From NCBI GenBank assembly GCA_015662065.1, contig DQUX01000240.1, forward strand, positions 1-32,528: a stretch of 32,528 nucleotides of DNA, read 5' to 3'. Made by a program: the position numbers and the translations under genes. Positions 7,828 to 15,308 of the stretch are shown in pieces (within the stretch, counting starts at the first letter, position 1; each line of letters opens with the position of its first letter). Origin of the DNA: Anaerolineales bacterium (GTDB lineage Bacteria > Chloroflexota > Anaerolineae > B4-G1 > DUEL01). The notes under the pieces are model-generated. The model did no database searches. It saw only the letters and a program-made list of their open reading frames with translations, and was not told the origin of the DNA.

Positions 7828-8673
7828 CTAAGATGGGGCGGCGAAGTAGCCGGCCGCCAGCACCCCCGGCCCGGCATGGACGACGATGGCGGGGGGCAGG
7901 AGATAGATAGGGACCTCGGACAGGCCCAGCGCGTCGGCGAAGTCGGCGGCCAGGGCCTGCGCCTCCGCCTCGGCGTCGGCGTGCATCACGCAGAGGAGGG
8001 CGTCGGGGCTGCGGGGGCACCCCTCCAGCACCAATTCCCGCAGCCGGGCCAGCGCCCGTCGCTTGGTCCGTTGCTGCTCCAACGGCTCCACCCGTCCGTC
8101 CTCCAGCGTGAGGATGGGCTTGACCTGCAGGAGCCCTCCCAGCAGGGCCTGCGCCCCGCCGATCCGCCCCCCCTTGTGCAGATACTCCAACGTGTCCACG
8201 ACGAAGAAGACCCGTTGGCGGGCCATCAGATCCCGCACCCTCTCCACGATCGTATCCGCGTCCATCCCCTCCCGGGCCCACCGGTCGGCCTGGAGAACCA
8301 TAGTCGCCAGCGGCCCGGCGATGGTGCGGGTGTCCACCACGCGGATGTTGGCGTCGGGGAAGTCCTGCGCAGCGACGGTGGCCGAACGGACAGTGCCGCT
8401 GAGCTCGGTAGAAGGGTGCAAGCAGATGATCGTATCCCCCTCCGCCACCAGACGTTCGAAGACAGGGGTGAACAGGGCCGGGGGCGGCGCTGCGGTCTTA
8501 GGGAGAACCGGTGAGGCGCGCAGCTTCTCCAGGAAGGCGGCGGTGTCCAGTTCCGTGTCGTCCCGGTACGACTCCTCGCCAAAGATGATGATCTGAGGCA
8601 GAACCGGGATGTCGAGTTCCACGGCCTGGTGCAGGGGAAGACCGGAGGTCGTGTCGGTGACAATCCTGATCAT
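7828..8673 (-). CDS. DegV family fatty-acid-binding protein
   Basis: 281 aa: MIRIVTDTTSGLP...DIPVLPQIIIFGEESYRDD...PKTAAPPPALF, with DegV-typical length and motifs. Confidence 0.85.
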   Translation of the reverse strand: MIRIVTDTTSGLPLHQAVELDIPVLPQIIIFGEESYRDDTELDTAAFLEKLRASPVLPKTAAPPPALFTPVFERLVAEGDTIICLHPSTELSGTVRSATVAAQDFPDANIRVVDTRTIAGPLATMVLQADRWAREGMDADTIVERVRDLMARQRVFFVVDTLEYLHKGGRIGGAQALLGGLLQVKPILTLEDGRVEPLEQQRTKRRALARLRELVLEGCPRSPDALLCVMHADAEAEAQALAADFADALGLSEVPIYLLPPAIVVHAGPGVLAAGYFAAPS

Positions 8674-8734
8674 CCGGCAACTCCATATTTTCCTGGTAGC
8701 CGGCCAAATGACTGCACGAAGGGCGTGTCCTCCC

Positions 8735-9667
8735 TCAAGCGACGGCGGCCGCCGTCCGCCGCTCCCTCCGTCGCTCCCACATCACTACCAACGGCACCGC
8801 GATGAAGATCGATGAATAGGTCCCACTGAGCATCCCGACCAGCATCGTGGAGATGAACGGCCGGATCGTCTCGCCGCCGAAGAGGATGATGGCGACCATC
8901 ACAAAGATGGCGTTCAACTGCGTCGCCAGAGAGCGGTGTATCGTCTCCAGAATAGACCGGTTGGCTACTCGCCCGAAGGACTCCCCCCGGTAACGGGGAA
9001 GATTCTCCCGAATGCGGTCGAAGACGACGATGGTATCCTGGACCGAGAAGCCGCTGACGGTGAGGATGGCGGTCAGGAACAGCGCGTCCACCTCCCAACC
9101 CTGGAGAATCCCCATCAGGACGTAGAACCCCAGGGCGACCAGGATGTCGTGGAGCATCCCGATGATGGCCGCCGCGCCGTAGCGGAAGGCGTGGGGAACC
9201 CGGCGGAAGGACCACCAGATAAAGGCCAGGATGATGACCGACGCCACAGCCACCGCCATCCCCGCCGCCCGGGTCACCTCGCCGCCGACGATAGGGGAAA
9301 CCGCCTCATAGGTCAGAAGGTCCCGGTTCACCGGCGCGACCTGCGCGTCCAGGTCGGCGAGGATGGCCTGAACCTGCTCCGGGGCCGCCTCCCTCGTGCG
9401 GACCTGCCAGGCGTTCTCCTCCGGCGCGCCCAGCCGCTGCACGATGGCCTCATCCAACCCGTGGGCGGCGAAGACCGCCCGGATGGCCGCCTCCTCACCA
9501 GGGCGGTCGAAGTGGAGGACGAAAAGGCTACCGCCGGTGAAGTCGATGCTCATCCGCACCGGCGCTCCGAAACGGACCAGGCTGAAGAGCATCGCCGCGA
9601 TGCCCAGCAGGACGACGGTCCCCGAACCGATGAAGTACCAGCGTCGCTTCTCAACGATGTTGAACAT
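8735..9667 (-). CDS. secF: Protein translocase subunit SecF
   Basis: 310 aa with the SecF N-terminus (FNIVEKRRWYFIGSGTVVLLGIA) and six TM segments. Sits 12 nt downstream of secD. Confidence 0.9.
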   Translation of the reverse strand: MFNIVEKRRWYFIGSGTVVLLGIAAMLFSLVRFGAPVRMSIDFTGGSLFVLHFDRPGEEAAIRAVFAAHGLDEAIVQRLGAPEENAWQVRTREAAPEQVQAILADLDAQVAPVNRDLLTYEAVSPIVGGEVTRAAGMAVAVASVIILAFIWWSFRRVPHAFRYGAAAIIGMLHDILVALGFYVLMGILQGWEVDALFLTAILTVSGFSVQDTIVVFDRIRENLPRYRGESFGRVANRSILETIHRSLATQLNAIFVMVAIILFGGETIRPFISTMLVGMLSGTYSSIFIAVPLVVMWERRRERRTAAAVA

Positions 9668-9679
9668 TCCCCTGCTCCT

Positions 9680-11179
9680 CTACACGCCCAGCAGCCAACG
9701 CCGGGAGCGTAGCCAGTCGCCCGCTAGGTGGAAAGCCAACCGCACGAAAGTGCGCGTCGCCACCACGGCGGTGAAGAGGTTGATGACCGTGCCGATGGCC
9801 AGCGTAAGGGCGAAACCCTTGACCATACTGGCCCCGAAGTTGGTGCCGAAGAAGTACAGCACGGCACAGACGATGAGCGTGGAGACCTGCGAGTCGCGGA
9901 TAGAGGTCCAAGCCCGGCTGAAGCCGGCCTCGGCCGCCGCCCGCAGGCCCCGCCCCGCCCGCAGCTCCTCCTTCATCCGCTCGAAGACCAGGATGTTGGC
10001 ATCCACCGCCATCCCGGCCGAGAGCAGGAACCCGGCGATGCCCGGAAAGGTCAGCGTGACGGGGAGCAGCTTGTACAGGGCCAGATTCAGCAGAGCGTAG
10101 ATAACCAGAGCCACGTCGGCCAGACCGCCCGGCAGCCGGTAGTAGATCAACATAAACAGCAACACGACGGAGAGGCCGACGACGCCGGCACGGATGGATC
10201 GCCCCACCGAGATCTCCCCCAGCGTCGGGCCGACGGTGCTGATCGTCTCCACCCGCAGCGGCACCGGCAGCGCGCCGTAGTGGAGCTGGATCGCCAGATT
10301 GCGCGCCTCCTGATAGGTGGCGTTCCCCAGCGAGATCGTCCCCCGCCCGTCGGGAATGGCGTCCCGAATGACCGGGCAGGAGATGACCTCCTTGTCCAGA
10401 ACGATGCAGAGGTATTGCCCCACGTGGGAGGCGGTGTACTCGGCGAAGGTGGCCGCCGCATCTGGGTACAGCTCGAAGGGGATCTGATACTCATTGGTTT
10501 GGGATCGATCCAACCCGACCTGCTTCAGCCCCGCGCCGGTGAGGATCGTCTCGTACACCCGGTCGCCGGTCGTGGGCGTGACCGGCGCAGTGGGCGTCAC
10601 CCCCGCCGTGGACGTGAGGGGCGATGCCGGCGTGATTGGGCCGGTGAGGGCCACCCCGGGGGTCGGCACCAGGGCGGGCGTGGCCGTCGGCACCGCCGTG
10701 GGCTCCCCTATGGACGGCCCGCCCAGCGTCGTGCGGACCACCGTCCCCTCCGGCAGCCAGGTGTAGCCAGCGTCGATGAACTCCAAGAGCGCCGTTCCCC
10801 GGATCGCCTCGACCGCCAGTTCGGGGTCCTCGATCCCCGGTAACTCGACAATGATCCGCCGGTCCCCCTGGGCCTGCACCACCGGCTCGGTGAGGCCCAG
10901 GCCATTGACCCGGTTCTCAACGATCCGGCGGGCGGTCTCCATCGCCACCGGGTCCGCCGCCTGGCCCTCCGGGATGTCGGCGGCCAGGAGCACCTTGAGG
11001 CCGCCCCGCAGGTCCAGTCCGTAGCGAATGGCGATCTCGCGCCCCCCCTCCGGCCGCCAGAACTGAAGGTTCTCAAACCAGGCCGGATGATCCACATCCA
11101 GGTCCACGTATAACGCCAGGCCAGCCAGGACAACGATCAAGACCAGCAGGGCAATGTTCCTTCTATCCATAACTTTCAC
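9680..11179 (-). CDS. secD: Protein translocase subunit SecD (with Thr/Pro-rich insertion)
   Basis: 499 aa with a periplasmic P1 region and C-terminal SecD/SecF TM bundle (GIAGFLLSAGMAVDANILVFERMKEE). GTG at 11179; an alternative ATG at 11170 is equally possible. Confidence 0.9.
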   Translation of the reverse strand: MKVMDRRNIALLVLIVVLAGLALYVDLDVDHPAWFENLQFWRPEGGREIAIRYGLDLRGGLKVLLAADIPEGQAADPVAMETARRIVENRVNGLGLTEPVVQAQGDRRIIVELPGIEDPELAVEAIRGTALLEFIDAGYTWLPEGTVVRTTLGGPSIGEPTAVPTATPALVPTPGVALTGPITPASPLTSTAGVTPTAPVTPTTGDRVYETILTGAGLKQVGLDRSQTNEYQIPFELYPDAAATFAEYTASHVGQYLCIVLDKEVISCPVIRDAIPDGRGTISLGNATYQEARNLAIQLHYGALPVPLRVETISTVGPTLGEISVGRSIRAGVVGLSVVLLFMLIYYRLPGGLADVALVIYALLNLALYKLLPVTLTFPGIAGFLLSAGMAVDANILVFERMKEELRAGRGLRAAAEAGFSRAWTSIRDSQVSTLIVCAVLYFFGTNFGASMVKGFALTLAIGTVINLFTAVVATRTFVRLAFHLAGDWLRSRRWLLGV

Positions 11180-11214
11180 GCGCCCCCTTGCGCAGACAAT
11201 AGGAAACGGAGTGG

Positions 11215-11243
11215 ATTATAGCCGAGGGCAAACGTTCTGTCAA
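11215..11243 (-). promoter_or_regulatory. Consensus sigma70-type promoter of secDF
   Basis: Minus strand reads TTGACA (11243-11238), 17 nt spacer, TATAAT (11220-11215). It lies about 35 nt upstream of the secD start. Confidence 0.7.
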
Positions 11244-11247
11244 ACAA

Positions 11248-11276
11248 TTGACATCTCTCCCACCCAATGCTATACT
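11248..11276 (+). promoter_or_regulatory. Sigma70-type promoter of the metallophosphoesterase gene
   Basis: TTGACA (11248-11253), 17 nt spacer, TGC-TATACT (11268-11276). The ATG at 11267 used by the ORF track lies inside this promoter. Confidence 0.7.
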
Positions 11277-11326
11277 CGCGAGAGCGAGACGACATCCCGC
11301 CTACGCTCCCCAGGACGGAGGTGACG

Positions 11327-13291
11327 ATGGACAAGCCCACTCCCCAGGTTGATTACCTTTTCATCAGCGATCTGCATGTCTCCCTTGGATACGACCCCGA
11401 ACGGCGCGCCTACCACGCCCGCGAGGATTTCTTCTTCGACGACGCTTTCTTCCGCTGGCTCCAATGGGCCAATGGGACCTGCCCCCCAGACCGGCGGTGG
11501 GAACTGGTCTTCGTCGGCGACGGCTTCGACTTCCTCCCCGTCGACCTAGAGATGGTCCACCGGTATTTCGAGGCGCGGGACCGCCGCTGGAAGGAGCTGG
11601 ACCCGGCCGATCGGGGCCAGGCAGTGGCCTACTGGCGGCGGCAGTTCGGCGGCGATGAGCATCTCCCCCCTCACGAACGGGTCCCCGACTGGATACGCTG
11701 GCTCTTCTTCGAGGACGACGCGCGGGAGGGACGGGTCCGGCTGACCCCTGCCCCACGCAGAGAGCTGCTGACGATGGCCCCGGAGGCCATCGCTCCCGAT
11801 TGGGCGGTCCACCTCTACGGCGGCCTCGACCCCTCCATCGAGGAAGCAGCTCGGGAGATCGCCCCCGCTTTCGGGCTGGGGCGGCCGCTGAGGGAACCGG
11901 AGGTGGCCTTCCAGGTCGTGGAAGGCGAGGCCCCCCCCAGGCCAGAGCGGGATCGATTGCAGGAGGAAACCTTCGAGCAACGGTACGGCTTCCTGCCCAC
12001 CCAGGCTAAATCCATGGCCCGCCTATACTTCATCTATCGGGGCCATCCCGTCTTCTTCCGCGCCTTGGCTTGGTTTGTGGGTCAGGGCCACCGGGTGACC
12101 TTCCTGCGCGGCAACCACGACCTGGAGCTCTTCTGGCCGGGGGTGCAGGCACTGCTTCGGCGATTCGTGGCCCGGGAGCACCCGGCCGCCTTCGACGACC
12201 GGCCCTCCCCCCCTCCCCTGCCCGACCTGGATGAGCGGATCACCTTCCGGCCCGGCTGGTTCTACTACCGGCCTGGCCTGTTCTACGCCGAGCACGGCAA
12301 CCAATATGAGCCGATCAACTCCTGCCCCAACTTCCTCCGTCCCCTCCTGCCCACCGACCCCCGGCTCCTCAACCCGCCGGTGGGCAACGTGGGGGTGACC
12401 ACCGTCGTCGCCAATATGGAAGACGAATACCCGGAATGGGAGAACCGGGGCAAGCACGCCGTCGTTATCAAGGAACTGGTCCGCCGCTACCCCCACCAGG
12501 CGTTCCTCATCGTCACCCGCCACGTCCGCGACTTCCTGTGGATGGCCCAGCGGCTCTGGCAGGCCACCCAGGGAGAGAAGCAAGAACCGACCGAGGAGGA
12601 CTTCCGCCAGTACGCATCGTCGGTCGGCCTCCCCCCGGAGACGGTGAGGGCCATCTATTACGAATGGGATCCCCCGCTCCTGGTGCGACACCCCCTGGCC
12701 TGGTTCCTCTTCAGCCCCGGCGGCCACGTCCTCAAAGCGCTGCTGGTCCTGCTCGTAGCCGCCCTCGCGGTGGGCGGGGGCCTGCTCTGGTACCTGGTGA
12801 TCGCCCCCTTCTTAGCCAGCCTGATCCCGCCCAACTTCCTCTCCACCACCATCGGCCCGGCGCTGCAACTTCTGGGGAAGATCCTCCTGTGGCTCCTGCC
12901 CCCCCTGGCCCTGGAAGCGGTGCGCCGCTCCCTCGCCCGGTGGTATCCCCATCCCCTGATGTACTGGGCCGCCCGACGGGTCCACAGACACCTACGGGAG
13001 ACGGATCGCCATCTGCGCTTCTACATCCTCGGCCACGACCATAAGACCGACGTGCGGATCGTGGAGCGCAAGCCGGACCACAAGCACGTCTACTACCTGA
13101 ACACCGGCTGTTGGTTCCCCGAGTTCGTCGAGGGAACCCGGCGGCTGCAGACCTTGGGTCAGGACGTACAGTTCACCTTCGTGCGACTGGTTCAGCGACA
13201 GGAGGGTGTAGAGGCCGATCTACTGCGCTGGAACGACGACGCGGGCCGGGCCGAGCAGCAGATCGTGCCGCCCGCCCGACCGGAAGAGTAG
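11327..13291 (+). CDS. Membrane-anchored calcineurin-like metallophosphoesterase with large insertions
   Basis: 654 aa from the ATG at 11327, 6 nt after GGAGGTG. MPE motifs occur in order: FISDLHV (DxH), FVGDGFDF (GDxxD), RGNHDLE (GNHD/E), AEHGNQY (H), ILGHDHK (GHxH). Two to three hydrophobic helices (ALLVLLVAALAVGGGLLWYLVIAPFLA, LLGKILLWLLPPLAL) lie between the last two motifs. Confidence 0.75.
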   Translation: MDKPTPQVDYLFISDLHVSLGYDPERRAYHAREDFFFDDAFFRWLQWANGTCPPDRRWELVFVGDGFDFLPVDLEMVHRYFEARDRRWKELDPADRGQAVAYWRRQFGGDEHLPPHERVPDWIRWLFFEDDAREGRVRLTPAPRRELLTMAPEAIAPDWAVHLYGGLDPSIEEAAREIAPAFGLGRPLREPEVAFQVVEGEAPPRPERDRLQEETFEQRYGFLPTQAKSMARLYFIYRGHPVFFRALAWFVGQGHRVTFLRGNHDLELFWPGVQALLRRFVAREHPAAFDDRPSPPPLPDLDERITFRPGWFYYRPGLFYAEHGNQYEPINSCPNFLRPLLPTDPRLLNPPVGNVGVTTVVANMEDEYPEWENRGKHAVVIKELVRRYPHQAFLIVTRHVRDFLWMAQRLWQATQGEKQEPTEEDFRQYASSVGLPPETVRAIYYEWDPPLLVRHPLAWFLFSPGGHVLKALLVLLVAALAVGGGLLWYLVIAPFLASLIPPNFLSTTIGPALQLLGKILLWLLPPLALEAVRRSLARWYPHPLMYWAARRVHRHLRETDRHLRFYILGHDHKTDVRIVERKPDHKHVYYLNTGCWFPEFVEGTRRLQTLGQDVQFTFVRLVQRQEGVEADLLRWNDDAGRAEQQIVPPARPEE

Positions 13292-13317
13292 TTTGGCAAT
13301 GTCACATTATGCTCTGA

Positions 13318-13334
13318 GGGGGTCTGTGACCCCC
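13318..13334 (+). terminator. Short GC hairpin after the metallophosphoesterase gene (weak terminator candidate)
   Basis: gggggtc-tgt-gaccccc: a 7-bp stem starting 27 nt after the stop at 13291. No U-tract follows. Confidence 0.3.
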
Positions 13335-13425
13335 GACTTGGGCTGAAAACGGTAGTTTCGGCCGGAGACGCAGGTCGCAGACCCGCCGGGAGCCTTCAAA
13401 CAATTCCAAGGAGGAAAAGGAACCT

Positions 13426-13833
13426 ATGGCCGTCAAATTCCCGTCGGATGAATGGATCAAAGCGCTCAGTGCACAGCTCAACGCCAGCGAGGCCTACGAG
13501 AAATCGGCCAGAGACTGGGAAGGGGACTTTGTCTTCGTGGTGGAGCCAGACGACGCCTACCCGGAGACCGCCTACCTGTTCCTGGCCCTCTATCACGGCA
13601 AAAGTCCCGATGCGGCGATGGTGGCGAGCGAGGATGAGCGGGAGGTGGAGTACGTCCTCCGCGCTCCCTTCAGCACGTGGCGCCAGGTCATCGAGGGAAA
13701 GCTGGATCCTATCCAGGGGATGATGACCCGCAAGCTGAAGCTGAAGGGCAATATGATGAAGATTATGCGCTACCCCAAAGCGGCCCAGGAGATCGTCGCC
13801 TGCTGCGCCCGGGTGCCCACCGACTTTGGATAG
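13426..13833 (+). CDS. SCP2 sterol/lipid-carrier domain protein
   Basis: 135 aa. The C-terminal GKLDPIQGMMTRKLKLKGNMMKIMRY is the SCP2 signature segment. AGGAGGAAAAGG lies upstream of the ATG. Confidence 0.8.
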   Translation: MAVKFPSDEWIKALSAQLNASEAYEKSARDWEGDFVFVVEPDDAYPETAYLFLALYHGKSPDAAMVASEDEREVEYVLRAPFSTWRQVIEGKLDPIQGMMTRKLKLKGNMMKIMRYPKAAQEIVACCARVPTDFG

Positions 13834-13846
13834 GAGGGATAGCCCG

Positions 13847-15010
13847 ATGTGGTACTTCGTCTCCCCCGAGATCGTCTTCGGCGAGGGAGCGCTGGATGCC
13901 CTCGACGAGCTGGAGGGAAAGCGGGCCCTGATCGTCACCGACGCCACGCTGGTCGAGCTAGGACTGGTGGACCGGGTGAAAGTCCACCTGGATAACGCCG
14001 GCATCGAGGTGCACCTGTTCGATGAGGTGGAGCCCGATCCCAGCGTGCCCACCGTGCGCCGGGGGGTGGAGGCGGCCCGGGAGTTCCAGCCGGATTGGAT
14101 CGTCGGCCTGGGAGGCGGCTCTCCAATGGACGCGGCGAAGGCAATCTGGGTGCTATACGAGCGGCCCGATCTGGAGCCGGCCGAGATCAACCCCTTCATC
14201 CGTCTGGGGCTCCGCCAGAAGGCCCGCCTCATCACCATCCCCACCACCAGCGGCACCGGGGCGGAGGTGACCTGGGGGATCGTGCTGACCGACCCGGAGG
14301 AGCAGCGCAAGATGGGGCTGGGCAACCGGGAGAACGTCGCCGACATCGCTGTTGTGGATCCGGCGATGGCGGCGGGGATGCCCCCCCAGTTGACCGCCGA
14401 CACCGGCCTGGACGCCCTCACCCACGCCGTTGAGGGGTACACCTGCACCTGGCACACCGACCTGACCGACGGGCTGTGCGTCAGCGCCGCCCGCCTCATC
14501 TTCCAGTACCTCCCCCGCGCCGTCGCCGACGGCTCCGATATGGAGGCCCGCGAGCGGATGCACAACGCCGCCACCTGCGCCGGGCTGGGCTTCGGCAACA
14601 GCATGGCCTCGATGGCCCACGCGATGGCCCACGTGTTGGGCGCAGTGTTCCACGTCCCCCACGGCCGCGCCGTGGGTATCTTCCTTCCCTACACCATCGA
14701 GTTCGCCGCCAGCGAGGCCCCCGACCGGTTCGCCGAACTGTCCGGCCTGCTCAACTGCTCCCAGGAGGAAGGGGAGAAGGGAGCGCGGGCGCTGGCCGAG
14801 TCGATCCGCTGGCTATGCCGGGAGATCGGCAGCCCCACCGGCGTCGCCGAGGCCGGCATCGACCGGGAGGGCTTCGAGGAGCAGTTGGAGAAGCTGGTGG
14901 AAGACGCCTTCAACGACACCCAGATGGTCACCACTGCCCGCTCCCCCGCCCACGACGAGTTGCGTCAGCTCTTCCTGCACGCCTACGAAGGGAAACCGGT
15001 CGATTTCTGA
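13847..15010 (+). CDS. Iron-containing (group III) alcohol dehydrogenase
   Basis: 387 aa from the ATG at 13847, after GGAGGGA. Motifs GLGGGSPMDAAKAI, DALTHAVEGY and HAMAHVLGAVFHVPHG. Sits 13 nt downstream of the SCP2 gene. Confidence 0.9.
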   Translation: MWYFVSPEIVFGEGALDALDELEGKRALIVTDATLVELGLVDRVKVHLDNAGIEVHLFDEVEPDPSVPTVRRGVEAAREFQPDWIVGLGGGSPMDAAKAIWVLYERPDLEPAEINPFIRLGLRQKARLITIPTTSGTGAEVTWGIVLTDPEEQRKMGLGNRENVADIAVVDPAMAAGMPPQLTADTGLDALTHAVEGYTCTWHTDLTDGLCVSAARLIFQYLPRAVADGSDMEARERMHNAATCAGLGFGNSMASMAHAMAHVLGAVFHVPHGRAVGIFLPYTIEFAASEAPDRFAELSGLLNCSQEEGEKGARALAESIRWLCREIGSPTGVAEAGIDREGFEEQLEKLVEDAFNDTQMVTTARSPAHDELRQLFLHAYEGKPVDF

Positions 15011-15015
15011 TCGCC

Positions 15016-15049
15016 GAGACGCTGAGAACACCGAGGACACTGAAAACAC
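15016..15049. repeat. Intergenic short-period repeat: GAGACGC head plus three tandem 9-mers YGARRACAC
   Basis: gagacgc tgagaacac cgaggacac tgaaaacac. The first 20 nt match 31700-31719 at 18 of 20 positions. Confidence 0.75.
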
Positions 15050-15077
15050 CGGCAGATGTGCCTTCTCTGCGCCCCCT

Positions 15078-15105
15078 TTGACCCGGGGCTGGGCCGCGGT
15101 AGTCT
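15078..15105 (+). promoter_or_regulatory. Candidate promoter upstream of the M20 amidohydrolase gene
   Basis: TTGACC (15078-15083), 16 nt spacer, TAGTCT (15100-15105). It would give a leader of about 200 nt. Confidence 0.3.
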
Positions 15106-15187
15106 TCCGGTGAAGTGTTGTTGTGCGCAAACCCGCCCAGACGCGAACGTCCGGGCTCACAAACCAAACCCTGCGGGCTGAGGGCCG

Positions 15188-15205
15188 GCCCCCGAAGGGG
15201 GCTTT
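15188..15205 (+). terminator. GC hairpin followed by TTT (adh terminator or leader attenuator candidate)
   Basis: gcccc(c)-gaa-(g)ggggc then ttt. It lies 178 nt after the adh stop and 104 nt before the M20 start. Confidence 0.35.
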
Positions 15206-15308
15206 GCCGACCGAGCCGGGCGGTTAGGTGCCCGGCGGGATGGGCAACCAATACCAACGCTCAAGAGGGAGACTGCCTGGGCCGCGCACATCGTTAAAGG
15301 AGGATCAT

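Noticed and set aside
9728-10843. 371-aa plus-strand ORF.
   Set aside because: It is antisense to secD, with low-complexity Gly/Arg/Asp/Gln content.
13396-13405. Shared 10-mer tcaaacaatt upstream of the SCP2 gene and in the secD/MPE divergent promoter (11240-11249).
   Set aside because: In the divergent region the 10-mer is explained by the two abutting -35 hexamers. The second copy has no matching -10 element at a proper distance. A single 10-nt coincidence is not enough for a regulatory claim.
13396-14604. 402-aa minus-strand ORF.
   Set aside because: It is antisense to the SCP2 and Fe-alcohol-dehydrogenase genes, both of which carry clear family motifs on the plus strand. The product is Ser/Arg/Pro-rich.
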